Origin: Octopus bimaculoides
Lineage: Eukaryota
Assembly: GCF_001194135.2 (NCBI RefSeq)
Contig: NC_068983.1
Coordinates: 81,236,132 to 81,300,131 of the forward strand
Direction: 5' to 3'
Length of the DNA: 64,000 nt
Made by a program: the position numbers and the translations under genes
The notes under the pieces: generated by a model
Databases searched by the model: none
Seen by the model: only the letters and a program-made list of their open reading frames with translations
Told to the model about the DNA's origin: nothing
Shown: piece by piece, positions 12,477 to 25,702 of the stretch
Layout: every line of letters begins with the position of its first letter
Position numbering within the stretch: position 1 is the first letter of the stretch

Positions 12477-12601
12477 TTGACTCTAAGATTTCAGAAAGTT
12501 TGTCATCCTCATCTGGCTCAGCAGCGTCATTATTACTAAGATTGCTCTTTTTATCTCTCTTTCTCTCTCCCTCACCACACACCAGTTGTGTAAGATTCTA
12601 A
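12477..12601 (+). CDS. Candidate terminal coding exon, xDSKISESLSSSSGSAASLLLRLLFLSLFLSPSPHTSCVRF*; GPI-signal-like
   Basis: ttttaacag acceptor (phase 1); small-residue stretch followed by a hydrophobic segment; repeat-free downstream sequence. The antisense frame is also open, so the call is ambiguous. Confidence 0.3.
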
Positions 12602-12762
12602 CTCAGTTCTCTATATTTCCAGTTTCATTCTTTCATCCATCAAATATTACATTCTATAGATCTGACTAAACAAATTTGATAAAATATATACAAATGAAAA
12701 CAATAACATTTGCATGTCTGTCTTTAAAGAAAGAAGAAATGTAAAGAAATTAAGATTCTTAC

Positions 12763-12871
12763 CATGCTTAACAAGAACTCTAAAGAATGGATTTTGTTTA
12801 GGCTCTTGCAAACAATGCAACAAATGTATGAGACATCTAGCCTGTTGACAGGCAGAACATTCCACCAAAAG
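12763..12871 (-). CDS. Alternative candidate internal exon, LLVECSACQQARCLIHLLHCLQEPKQNPFFRVLVKH
   Basis: ttccag acceptor and G|GTAAG donor on - strand; open frame; no recognised homology. Confidence 0.2.
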
Positions 12872-15126
12872 CTGGAATTAGTTCCTGAGGAGCTCTTTCT
12901 TATATTTCTAAACTCAAATGAATCACAAGTTATTTAGCAAATAATGTAAAAGAAGGGAAGGTATTTTGCAATTAATTTTTGAACATGATGAGACAAAAAT
13001 AAGACATGTGAAAGCCAAATGTAAAGATGTAACAGTCTCCAAGATCCACACAGCTATCAAAGTTAAAATGACAGATATAAACAGGTCTTGCTTCCTTTCA
13101 TTATCTCTTCTGCTATACTGCATCAACTTTTGTTTTTTAATACAGATTGGTAATTTAATACTGAATTTAGAAGTTATACATATCTAGTAAGCAACTTGAT
13201 CAGAGATTCTATGTTGAAACTGAAGCAACTACATCATGGAAGGGCCATTTAAAAACATGCAAAGCTGTTAAATTCACTTTAGATTCAAATATACTTAATG
13301 AGGTGTCAGATTCCCACTATAAAACAGTGATCTGGTCATTGATGGAGTTCCATTGCAATAGTTTAAATCTAAAGTGAATTTAATAGCTTTGTATATTAAA
13401 TGGGCTTTCCACAAAGTAGGTGTTACTAAATTTAGTTATTTTCATAAATAGCAGGATGCTATCAACAGATGGTATTTATTTTTTCAAATAAATAGACTAA
13501 GCAGAGTACAGGTAGTGTGTCATTTGTGAACAGGAGCAATACAAAGTCAAAGGTCGCATTTACATAATAAACTTTGGTTTAAAACTGGGGGTGAAACTTT
13601 AACCATACTTCTAGCTTCTGAAGCTTAAACATAGCAAGTATACTAAACATCTGTTTTGTTGACAAGGAAAAGATTCCAATAAAAAAAAAGAAGACTAATA
13701 TTTTGTGACTCTTGTTTTACAAAAAGAAATTAAAAAAAAAAAACAATGTTGATAGTATGAGAACTGACATAACCAAGCGCAGGCAGATCTGTGTAACCAC
13801 TGTAAAACAGATGTTAAATGATAATGATAAGTATGTGCGTATGTGGTGTTTGGTTGGCTATAGTTTTTGTCAAGTGTAATTATCCTTTACGATGGATGTT
13901 CATACATTGCAAGGAAAATGGTAAAACTTGAGTTTTGAGAATTTATCATAGCTAGACTTGTATTTTGCTAGAAGTTTATTCCTTACATGCACACACCCCC
14001 ACCCACACACAGACACACACATATTTACTGTCAAGCTCTATAGGTAAGAGTGTTAACTATGGCTTCAATGAAGTCCTCTTAAAAAAGAAAGAATAGTCAA
14101 GTAAGAGTTGTACTGATACTATGAAATTTGAAATTACTATTCAATGAAACTGAAAAAAAAAAAAAAAGGAAAACAAAACATAGTTCCACAGCAAGACAGT
14201 TTGGAGTGAATTATATAACTTCATAATCATTGACAACCCATTGGTGTTTGTGATTTAGTTTAGAGAATTAAAATAGACAATGTGACTCTGATCTTTGGGA
14301 CCAAAAAGATATATCTGAGGGATGATTTGCTACTGTATCAACAGGCTGAACGACTTGTACACAAAAGCTTTCTCATTAACTTGCTACCCAAATCTAGAAT
14401 GGTAAAGTAAAACTGAAGCAGTAAAATACTTTAGTTATGGCTTCCTCCTCCTCCACATCATCATCACCAACACCACCCACCACCATTATCACTGCTGCTG
14501 CTGCTACTACAACTATAACTACTACTACTACTACTACCATGATTTTTTCAAGTATATTTTGTTTTTATTCTATTTTGAATGACAAATTTCTTGGATCTCC
14601 CTTTGGGATCTTATCAAAATAGTCTCGCTTCTATGAATAATGAGAAAACTAAGTGTAAGTGGATGGAGGCGGAGGCTACATTATTGAACAGAGTTTAGGG
14701 GAGGAATTCCCCAAAGGACACTATGAAATGATGAAAATGGATCAATTGTTATGTATTTGATTGAGAAAGGAATAACATCAAATGGAAAACTGAAGTCTCT
14801 CACTTCTTTTTCCTCTTCAACCTTTCCAGTCACACTCGTTCTCTCGCTCGCCTTCTCTGATACTATGTTCTTACTACAAACAACTCTCTTCTTTTCTCAT
14901 GCATTCAGTCAAAAATAGTTTTAAAAAATAATAGGTACTCGCTGCTGCTGCCACTGCTGTTCCTTGCCAAAGTCTTCAAAAAGGATCCATAGAACCCATT
15001 AAGTTTACATGGCTAACCATCCATTAATATATGTTGAGAAAAAAAAAAGGGATTAGCTTGAAAATTTGTAAACTATGGTATATAAATATTCTTTGAAATC
15101 ATTTTTGTTTCTTTCTCTTTATTATG

Positions 15127-15162
<36 letters not shown>

Positions 15163-15234
15163 AATAATAATGATAATGACTATAATAATAATATGAATAT
15201 GATTACATTTGACACTGAACAATAAGCGAGTAGA

Positions 15235-15900
15235 ATCAGTTTAGCACGTGACAAAAGTAGTGAAACAATTATGTTTCTTTTAAATTCTGCCAGGATTCAG
15301 CTTCTCTTTACATTCTTCAGGAGATAAAATAAATACCAGTCAAATACTGGGGTTTGATATCATCAACCAAACTGCTTCAAAATGAGTTACACTACCCTTT
15401 CTACTATAGGCACAAGGTCTGAAATTTTAGGGGAGGGGACTAGACGATTTCACTGATACTTAATTTATTGACCCCGAATAGATGAAAGGCAAAGTTGACC
15501 TTGGTGGAATTTGAACTCAGAACGTAGCGATGGGCAAAATACTGCTAAGCATTTCCTCCAGCATCTTAACGATTCTTCCAGCTCACTGCCTTAAATGAGT
15601 TACGCTATGTTTGAGTCGAGTTTAAATCTTGCCCAGATTTAATTTGTCTCTCATCCTTTCAGTGTTGATAAAATACAGGTTTGGAAGTAGTATTGATTTA
15701 ATCAACTAACCTCTCACCATTACAAAAAAGAACAAAAAAAGAAAAAAAATAATAATTCAGACCTTATGCCTATGCAAGAAATAATTAAGGAGCAGGGATT
15801 GGTAGAATTGGAGCCTCAACAGTATTTTTTTGACTCAATGTTCTGAGTTCAAATCCTACTAAGGTCAATTATATCTTTCATCCTTTTGGGGTTGGTAAAA
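15235..15900. mobile_element. Cluster of family B SINEs in alternating orientations (+,-,+,+)
   Basis: Same core as 2186-3090; the 15395-15592 copy is well preserved on -. Confidence 0.8.
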
Positions 15901-16160
15901 TGAAAGAACTCTTTAAAGAACTCTTGTTGTTGTCTTTGATTAGATCCCTACAACAAGACAGCCTGTATATGGTTACTTCAATTGCTAAAAATAACAACTA
16001 AATCTTTCTCATAATTCATGCCATAGTCTTCAAATAAGGAAGATACTTTAAATAATATACTTCATACAGTGTATCAGAGAATATAACTGGATGCTCACAA
16101 AAAGAGTACCAGTTTGATTACAGATGACCTGCAACTAAATAATTATTTCTAATCAGTACA

Positions 16161-16326
16161 TAGGCACAGGAGTGGCTGTGTGGTAAGAAGCTTGCTTCCC
16201 AACCACATGGTTCCGGGTTCAGCCCCACTGCATGGTACCTTGGGTAACTGTCTTTCTACTATAGCCTCGGGCCAAACAAAGCCTTGAGTGGACTTGGTAG
16301 ATGGAAACTGAAAGAAGCCCATCGTC

Positions 16327-16384
<58 letters not shown>

Positions 16385-16560
16385 CCTGTGTGTCTGTGTT
16401 TGTTCCCCCACCATTGCCTGCAGCTGATGTTGGTGTGTTTACGTCCCTGTAACTTAGCAGTTCGACAACAGAGACTGATAGAATAAATACTAGGCTTTGT
16501 TCAACTAAAGGTGGTGCTCCAGCATGGCCACAGTCAAATGACTGAAACAAATAAAAGAAT
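16161..16560 (+). mobile_element. Full-length SINE family A
   Basis: ggagtggctgtgtggtaagaagcttgcttcccaaccacatggttccgggttcag (tRNA-like), accttggg (CORE-like), (TA)n, tail ggtgctccagcatggccacagtcaaatgactgaaacaa. Confidence 0.93.
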
Positions 16561-18649
16561 AGTGCTAACAATTTTGAGAAAAGATATGGACTAGTGAATT
16601 ACACATGCCCAGTACTTGACCGGTACTTCATTTCAACAACCCGCAAGGGGAAGAATGCCAAAGCTGACCTCAGCAAGATTTCAACTCAGGATATAAAGAG
16701 TTGGAACAAATACCATAAAACATTTTGTCTAATATCATATGACAATTCTTCTATCTCACTGCCTTTAAATATCAATAAAATGTATATCAATAAAATGTAT
16801 ATCAATATAATGTATCAATAAAACCCATATTTGTTTCGTTGGCTTTTCAAATACTGCTTAAAGGAACACTTTGGACACTAACTATGAATAATCTAATGGG
16901 AAGAAATGGAACTTCAACCATATCTGACTGAATATGCAGGCTGAAGGTGACCAGACAAGATGTTATTGTTTTCTCTATGTTGAAGTTGCTGTAAACTTTA
17001 TTGTCAAAAATCTGCTTCTCCCTTTGTTGTAGTTGCTGCTGCTGCTGCTGATACTTGTAGTTATTTACTAATTAATCTCTATCAACTTTTGTCTCATTAA
17101 AAAAAAAATGTGTTTTTTTTAAGCAATTTTTTTATACAGAAAATAAGTATTTGTGTTTTTTAGTCATCTGGAAATTGTTTCCTTGATGTTTTCAATATTT
17201 TGTTAAATTTTACCTGGTATTGTGAAACATATTGCATAGCTTTAGATTGATCAAAAAATATAATCCAGTTCTCTAAAAATGCCTGTTATCTTTATTCTCA
17301 TAATTTTAATTTAAAAAAATAATTCAACTTTCAATGTCAGAATTAGGAATTAAATACTTTTGCATAGAAAAAAATTGACAAATAATAAATATATATAAAT
17401 CAAATTTCTGGAAATGTATTGTGGGTGTTTAGTAATAGGGTATATGATTGTGAGTTGGTAAAATAAAAGATAATATAAGTTTAAAAAATTTTTGATACTT
17501 AGACTGTAGAAAAGTATGAGCAAAAGTAGAAATGGGCCCTCAATGAAAAGTGACTCTGTTGTAGTAGCCATTATATATCATTAATGTTGTTGGTGCCTCT
17601 TGGAAGTTCCAGTATAGAAAGGCAACAGGGGCTCACTTCAGTGTACTCTCCCCAAAGATGCAATGTTATTAGACTAAGCTACATCTGGATAAGGTAGTGA
17701 ATCAGCAATCATTAGAGCCCTGGATAAAATATCTCAGGGTATTTATTTTGACTCTCTTTACACTATGAGTTCAAATTCCATTGAGATCAACTTTGCCTTT
17801 CATCCATTTGGTGATGATTAAAAAGTTCTAATCCTGGGTAGTGAATTGGTAGAACTGTTAGAGGGGTCAGGAAAGTTGCCTTTTGGTATTTGTTTTGGCT
17901 TTTTGCAATGGCTGACAACAATTCTTGCAACAAGACTAATAATACAAAGCTGTATTTGTCCATGTTGGTGACCTTTCTCTTGGATAAACATTGGTGTCAA
18001 TTAGAGGAGAAACTTGCATGGATAGGCAACTACCAGAATTTTAAAAAATCATGCCCAGTCTTGTGCAATGATACATAGATGCTTAGTCAGCTTTGGCCAA
18101 TGGAAGCCCCAGTTAGAATATGTTGCTAGGAAACCAGTTAATAAAAGAAAAGAAGGTTCATAAGTAAATTTGTTATTACTTATCCTTGCCTCCATAGTTT
18201 CTCTAATTGTATTTGAACTGGAAAATTTTTAATAATTTTTCATTTTGTGACATTTATTAAACTGATGTTTGCAAATGCACACTACCATTATTTTCTGTAG
18301 ACTCTGGAGTTTCATTCTGACATACACTCAAATTAATGTTGGTATACTGTTGACCAGTAATACTAGAAAATATGTGACTCAGTAGCTTGTGATGGAATAT
18401 AGTATGATCATAAGAAGGTCTCTGAATAAATTAAGAGAAGCAAGTAAAAGGAAGTGACAGAAAAATATAAAAATAACTGAATAAAATCCAAGGAGATTTT
18501 CATAATCAACCATCAGTTTATATCAATGATTTATGGATGATATAACTTTGTCTTTAAGGAATCACATTTTCTTGTTTCTCACAAGGACAGCATTGGAATT
18601 TTACATCTTTTTCAAAATTAATAGTTGGGCTTATAGTTAACACTTAGGA

Positions 18650-18880
18650 TCTAAGGTAGTGAGCTGGCAGAATTGTTAGCATACTGGACACAATGCCTAG
18701 TGGCATGTTGCTTGTCTTTACATTCTGAGTTCTAATCCTGCTGAGGTATTTGTCTGTCATCCCTTTCAAGGTAGATAAAATAAGTACCAGTCAAGCACTT
18801 TGGTTAATCTAATTGACTTCCTCAACCATCAAAATTGATGCTGTTGATACTTGTACTGCTTGTGCCAAAATTTGAAACCA
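18650..18880 (+). mobile_element. Family B SINE
   Basis: taaggtagtgagctggcagaattgttagc...ttctgagttctaatcc...aagtaccagt. Confidence 0.8.
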
Positions 18881-19514
18881 ATTAATACTCAGGACGAGAA
18901 CTACAAATGGTTTCTCATCTTACTAGTGACTAATCTACTGACTGGATAACTTCAAAATTTTGAAACATTGGAGTAGTAACAGTGTGTCAAACTGTTTGAA
19001 ACAAAGCTTAATGTAAATGCTGATAGACTATTCAGCTGTCATCACTTGATTTCAGAAGTATACCAACAGCATGCACAAAAATATCTGTTGAAACAAAATA
19101 CACAAAAGCACTTGCTAAAAGCTAACACATGACTATATACCAGTTGACATATAGCAGTGTTGATGGAATTATTTCATTTAGTTATAAATATACTCAGGAA
19201 TGCATACATATACAAGCAAAACAGACACATAAACATACAGGCTTCAACCTATAATGAATGGAAAGCACTAAAATTTCACTGTTCTTTGTGGTAACTTAGT
19301 GTACATTAGCATAAATCTTAAAGAGAAAGCTGCCATATATCTGAACCCTATATACATCAAAAGAAGATTTTACTCAACACACAGACAGATATATACCCAC
19401 ACTTCTTAACAATACATCAATTAGTAATGAGATTGCCCTTATGTATAGCAAATTTACTTTGGAACAAGAATCAAAAGCATTATAGAGTGGACAAAAATTA
19501 TTTGATAACACTGA

Positions 19515-19617
19515 AGATCATCATCATCATCATCATCGATTAACGTCCGCTTTCCATGCTATCATGGATTGGACGGTTTGACTGGGGACTGGTGAACCAG
19601 ATGGCTGCACCAGGCTC
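19515..19617 (-). mobile_element. Short family R insertion (3' ~100 bp)
   Basis: (CAT)n followed by gattaacgtccgctttccatgct...ccaggctc. Confidence 0.85.
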
Positions 19618-19997
19618 AGAAAAGTAAATATATACTTTTGAATGTATGCCATTTACAATCTAAGTGTACTACAACATGACTATGTTTTATATATAAGTAT
19701 GCCTTCTACAATTTGACTTACACTACATAAGATTCTATCTGTTTTAGTGTTTGAGTCACTAACACCACCCCACCACCATCACATCCAAGCAAGGCTATTT
19801 CAAACATTTTAAAAATACAATAGAATTAAATTTGTTGAAATGAAATTTGTTCACTTTATTTATTAGCACTCTTATGTTATTGCCTTCTCCAGACACACAC
19901 ACACACATACACACAAAGTTTGAAAAAAAAAGTTTAAAAACAGATTAAAAAAGTGAAAAAAAGGTAATAAAATTATGTAGACTAACACATTTTCTAA

Positions 19998-20072
19998 TTA
20001 GATAGAACGGTAAATGAAATCTGTCGAACATTCACCAGCAGAAGACAATAGAATTAAGGTATCTTTAATTGC
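19998..20072 (-). CDS. Candidate terminal coding exon, AIKDTLILLSSAGECSTDFIYRSI*
   Basis: Strong acceptor tctttattgtttttaccag; longest open frame is phase 0 (the other two stop within 6 codons); repeat-poor sequence downstream (~18.9-20.0 kb) is UTR-like. Confidence 0.45.
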   Translation of the reverse strand, partial: AIKDTLILLSSAGECSTDFIYRSI

Positions 20073-21699
20073 CTGGTAAAAACAATAAAGAGTTTCACCC
20101 TAACATGATTTCCAAAGCTAATAATACTTTTTTTCCTGTGAACACTGTAAAGAGAGAGAATTGCTCAAATAGCAACTTTACAAAAAAAGAATAAATCCAT
20201 TTCAGTAAAAAGATTTTGGTTTGTTTACCTTGTAATTTTTTGATTTATTTTTGGGTTTGTTTCATATTTGTTTATCAATTTTATTTTTATTGTCACCTAC
20301 CTCTACCAGCTAGTTTTGTATACCTACTGTCTACATTGCTATAGCAAAAAAAAAACAAAAAAAAAAAAACTACTTTGTGTTAAGATTTTGGTGATTGGTA
20401 AATAAATAAACTATAGCAAAGATGAGGGTAGAGATTTGTCAGAGACTGTGCCCAATTTGATTACCAATGTAACTTACATAATCATCACAGGTGCCACTTC
20501 TACGATCCTTTAAGAAAGCTTGGGATTGTATTATTGTTATTTGCTTGAGGCAAGCTTATTTTCAAATCCCATTATTTTTTTTGCTTTTATTCTTTAATGT
20601 TTTATTTTTTACTTCTTGGAAGTTTCTGTGGAGAAGCATTTCTTTTTTTATATATTTTTACCTTACTTGTGATAGTTATCTATTTATTTACTTTTGTTGC
20701 CTATCCCTCAATAAGTCTTGTATTGATTAGAAAGTTAGCTGATAAGAAGTCTGCATTTCCATTTGACTTTCTTTTTTTTTTTCTTTCCTATATCCCCTGC
20801 AGTAAGTAATGGGATATTGGAGAGAGTGGTCGTGGCATAGGAAATGAGGTTAGGGAAGTAAAAATTAGCTAAACAGGACCAAATAACTCAGGAAACGGAG
20901 TTAAGTGTTGTTGACATGCACAATGTCTTGGCACAGAAAGACAGTACATAATGCTCAGTTTCTTGATAATAAAAGACAACAATGTACTTAGAGATAAGGT
21001 GAGAAATAAAGATATTAGCACCGACAAAAGTGTAATATATAACTGCAGAGATTACATAGAATGTTCAAGGTCTGTTTGTTCAGTTGCAACAATTTATATT
21101 CAATATGCGATGGCTTCTAAGAAACCCTGCACATTAATTTTATAGGTTTACAACTGCAGGTTTTGTTGGACTAATACTTCTGTTGTTGGTGAACTTTAGG
21201 CTCTTTTTCTGTTTTTCATTCACATGAAGAAAATAATGTTACATAGAAAAAAAAACCTTTGACAGAAACACAAGACTGTATAGTAGAGAAACATTAAACA
21301 TATACAGGGATATGGATATTTCTCTGGATATGTGATGTGAACTTGCAAGAGACTGAGAAATGATTTACGAAAGTATATATAGACATCAATAGTCTTAAGG
21401 GAGATGTGTTCTGGTTGGTTTAGCTGGCTAATGCTAAATGATAACATGTATATATGTCAATGGTATTTTGTATTTTGATAGAAGCAGAGTTAACACAAAA
21501 AAGAATTTAAGTAAAAACAGAAAAGTTAAACTTCAGAATCAAAGTTTTACAGCTGACCTGATACAAGAAAATATACATTCATATGAACAAACATAAACCT
21601 CTCCTTTTTCTCATTTTATATATATAAGACATATGTACATGTATATATACAGATATATGGGTATGCATTTATATATGCATGCGTATGTCTATATGTATG

Positions 21700-21734
<35 letters not shown>

Positions 21735-21866
21735 ATATACGTGTGTGTGTGTATATACGTGTGTGTGTGTGTGTATACTCATTCATAAATATATATGTGT
21801 CCATATTTTCCTGTGAGGTCATCTGTAAAACTTCAACTTTCTGAAGTTTAACAGACCTGTTTTTAC

Positions 21867-21962
21867 CTGATACACATACACACATATAGAGCTGTGATCA
21901 TTCTTTGTTGTGGCTGAGGAGCTGACAACCTCTTTAGAGTTGGTACTATGGTAAAATGCAGC
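21867..21962 (-). CDS. Candidate internal exon, AAFYHSTNSKEVVSSSATTKNDHSSICVYVYQ (phase 0-0)
   Basis: ttattagatatacag acceptor; CAG|GTAAAA donor; 96 nt; phase-compatible with 19998-20072. Confidence 0.3.
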
Positions 21963-22014
21963 CTGTATATCTAATAAAGTGGTTGAATACAAATCGAATA
22001 CAAATAGACAGGTG

Positions 22015-22079
22015 GATAAATAGCTTGATAGATAGATAAATAAATAGATAGATAAATAGATGGACAGATAGATAAATAA

Positions 22080-22161
<82 letters not shown>

Positions 22162-22180
22162 GGACAGATAGATAAATACA
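22015..22180. repeat. (TAGA)n tetranucleotide microsatellite
   Basis: Direct reading. Confidence 0.95.
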
Positions 22181-22619
22181 CACACAGACACACACTCATA
22201 AATGAATGCATGTCCGTATTTCTGTCTCCATGTTATTTTTTTTTTATCATACTGATACCACTTGGAAAATGGTGCTTTATGTGTATATCCTTAAAATTAG
22301 CAGTTTGATAAAAGAAATCAATAAGCACGGGACTTAGAAAATAAGTACTGGGGTCAATATAATCAATCAAAGCCCTTTGGGATACTGCTCCAGCATGACT
22401 GCAGTCTAATGACAAACAATTAAAAGAACACATACATGCACAAACTAGCGTAAGAACCTGTCAAAAATAACAGGGATAATTTTCTTCTTTCAGAAATTCT
22501 TCATATTTTTGCTGTATGCTTTGCTTAGTCTTGTGTTACATTTTGTCATTCTTCAATTCTTGTCCCTTTTTTTTTTTTTTTTTTACCTCAACTCATACCC
22601 TTTCATTATTGTCACTGAT

Positions 22620-22870
22620 TCTCACAAGTATTATTAATAGTTCTCCTCCTGCAAAGCAAGCAGACTGGCAGAATCGTTACCATGCCAGACTAAAAAGCAC
22701 AGTGGCATTTTGTCTGTCTTTATGTTCTGAGCTCAAAACTTCCACTGAGGTCGACTTTGCCTTTCATCATTTAGGGGTCGATAAAACAAGTACCAGTCAA
22801 GTACTGGAGTTGAATGTAATCAACTTCCCTCTCTCCTCAAAGACTGCTGGCCGTGTGTCAAAATCTGAAA
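22620..22870 (+). mobile_element. Family B SINE
   Basis: ctggcagaatcgttacc...gaggtcgactttgcctttcatc...aagtaccagtcaagtactgg. Confidence 0.85.
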
Positions 22871-23960
22871 CCATTATCCATTGTCTTCTTTTCTGACTAT
22901 GAATGTTTCCTTCACTTTCTGTCTCAATCAAACTCTAACCCCAACGATTGTCTTAATTTTCTGTTCTCCCACAACTTAAATATCATACAGCAATTTTTCT
23001 TTCTCTCTATCTTCTTTGATCCTTTTCTCCGTCTCCCCGCCCCCTCTCTCTCTTTATCTTACTCATTATTCCTCTGCTATTTTACCACATTAACTCTCTA
23101 ATTCCCACCTATGATGCCTATATTGTTATGCATTTCACTTCCCTCTTTCTCACTCATTCATTTTCCCATTCTTTTCTATATTTCACTTTCTGCATGAATG
23201 ATAATCAGTCACAATCTGCTGACTATTGGGTGTTTCTCACTCTCCTTCCCACTCATTCTGTTACATTTCCACCAACATTTTTATCTTATCTTTATAATAC
23301 TTTCTTTCATTTTCTTTTATCTCTCTCAGTGCAACTATATTTATATATCAAGATATATACATACATAATACATACATATTTACATACATATATGCATACA
23401 TCCACACATATATGCATGCACAAACATGCACACACAAATACATATTTTCATTCATATAGTTGTATCATTTTTTCCTATGATAGTATGGGTTAGATGAATA
23501 GATTACTGAGGCATTGTTTTACAGCTGGATGCCTTTCCTATTGTTTTTCAAAGATCTGTTATTCCACTTGTCTTCGAAGGCACAAAGCCAGCAGATTACT
23601 TTTTGATAGCTGAAATGATGACAATATCACTGTGTATAGCTCAGCAATTTTTGTAGAAGTATAAATGTTAACAAACACACGAACATATGCATGCACACAT
23701 ATAGATATACATATATGAGTGTTTATCTATCCATCTATCCATCACACACACACACACACACACACACATATTTGATGGGTTTCTATCAGTTTCTATCTAC
23801 CAAATTCATTTACAAGACTTTTGCCTGCCCAAGGGATATAGCAGAAGACACTTACTTAAGGTGTCACACTGTGAAACTGAACCCCAAAACCACATAGATT
23901 TGAAGGAAACTGCTTAATTACACAGTATGCCTCCCCAATCTCTCTCTCTCTCACACACAC

Positions 23961-23991
<31 letters not shown>

Positions 23992-24000
23992 GCTATATAT

Positions 24001-24460
24001 GTGCAGGTGTGGTTGTGTGGTGACAAGTTTGCTTCTTAATCACATAGTTCTGGGCTCAGTCCCACTGCATGGCACCTAGGGCAAGTAACTTATACAGGGT
24101 GTCCACAAAGTCTGGGTACATAGAGTAAATAAAATCATAACATAAACAATTAAATATAAAAAATAATAATTTCTTAAAGTATGTGTTAATCCCCATGTAC
24201 CCAGACTTTGTGGACACCCTGTGTATATATATATGCTGGGATTCTTTCAGTTTCTGTCTACCAAATCCACTTACAAGGCTTTGGTCAGCCCAAGACTACA
24301 ATAGAAGACCAGTGTTAGTGTGTTTATATTTCTGCAATTTAGTAGTTTGGCTAAAGAGACCAATAGAATAAGCACCTGTGGGGTTGATTTGTTGGACTAA
24401 AGAAGTCCTCAGGGCAGGGCCCCAGCATGGCTGCAATCTAATGATTGAAACAAGTGAAAG
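24001..24460 (+). mobile_element. SINE family A interrupted by a MITE and carrying an inverted internal segment
   Basis: Head 24001-24086; segment ~24222-24309 is the reverse complement of the expected next part; forward tail resumes at ~24310. Confidence 0.75.
24095..24221. mobile_element. Tc1/mariner-type MITE
   Basis: Perfect 27-bp TIR cagggtgtccacaaagtctgggtacat / atgtacccagactttgtggacaccctg; TA on the left, TG on the right. Confidence 0.88.
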
Positions 24461-25060
24461 CTGAAAGCTATATATACATATATATGTACACACACACACC
24501 TAAATATGTATGTGTGTGTGTCTATGAATGTCTATATTTCTGTTAGATACACCAAACACTTCTACATTAACCAGTTTCTATAAAAAGTGATTTCATTAAT
24601 TGAAAACATGTTGCTGTGAGTTAACTTCATGATGTAAGGAATATCCAACAGAGAGAATATCAGAAACATTTCATCAGGAGTTATAATTTGAGAATTTTAT
24701 TTGCTAAGGTAACCAATTTGTATCAGTTTGTTGGCTCAGATGCCTTCACACTTTTAAAACAACATTAATACTTTCTAGCGTGTCAGTCAGGGTAGATCAG
24801 CTTCTGCACATGTATGCATAGGCCTGGACAAAGAACCCAGAAAAGCTAAGCAGTTATCCACAAGGCTTTCTTCCCAACCATCTAAAAGTTCTGCTAATCT
24901 GCTTTATTCTGGATTTGAACCATTTTTTTTTGTTATAGATGCTGAAAGAACAAATGACAAAGTTGACCTTGGTGGAATGTGAAATCAAAGCACAGAGAGT
25001 TAGAAAAAATATCACAATATATACTATCAAGCACATTAACAACTATACCAAATTTTCTTT

Positions 25061-25093
<33 letters not shown>

Positions 25094-25688
25094 TTTCATT
25101 CATTCAAAATTGTAGATATGTGGTAATTTAATCAAAGTTTTTGAGCTAAAAGACCCTTTTGTAGTTGATGTCTTGAATGATGGATGAATATTCTGGTAAT
25201 ACTGTACAAAATGGCAGCAAACTATTTTGCTGAATATTTAGCAGAGTCAAGTTATTTTTCATAAAATCCCGAAGTGAACTGGCAAAATGATCTACAGTCC
25301 ATTCCAATTCTCCAGAAACCAATATGTAAAATCTTCTGTTAAAACTGTCATGGATTCCAACCAAGCAAATATTTTTTTTCGTCACAGCAAAGTGGATAAT
25401 TTTATAAGAACTGATTACCCCCACCCCCAACCCACTTCCCCCTGCTGAATTCCATGTCTGCTAATATTCTAGAGAGACAGCTCTGAACTGGAAGGGAAGG
25501 TGACAAATATACAGATTCAGTTTAAGACTATTTATGGTCTTTTCTGACAGAAAATTCACATAAAATGCTTGGCTTATCTTTTATTTGAAATAAAAAAAAA
25601 AGAGAGAAAAAGAAAAAAACAGAAAGAAAGATAAAAAAAAAATATACAAAATTTTGTTTTTAAAGGTTTTTAAAACAAATTTAACAAT

Positions 25689-25702
25689 GCTGCCATGGCA
25701 AC
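25689..25702. promoter_or_regulatory. RFX X-box-like motif GCTGCCATGGCAAC
   Basis: One mismatch to the palindromic GTTGCCATGGCAAC; in unique sequence. Confidence 0.45.

Noticed and set aside
16161-16240. tRNA gene (also other SINE heads, e.g. 12265-12330)
   Set aside because: A/B-box-like motifs only; no full cloverleaf, and each continues into a SINE body
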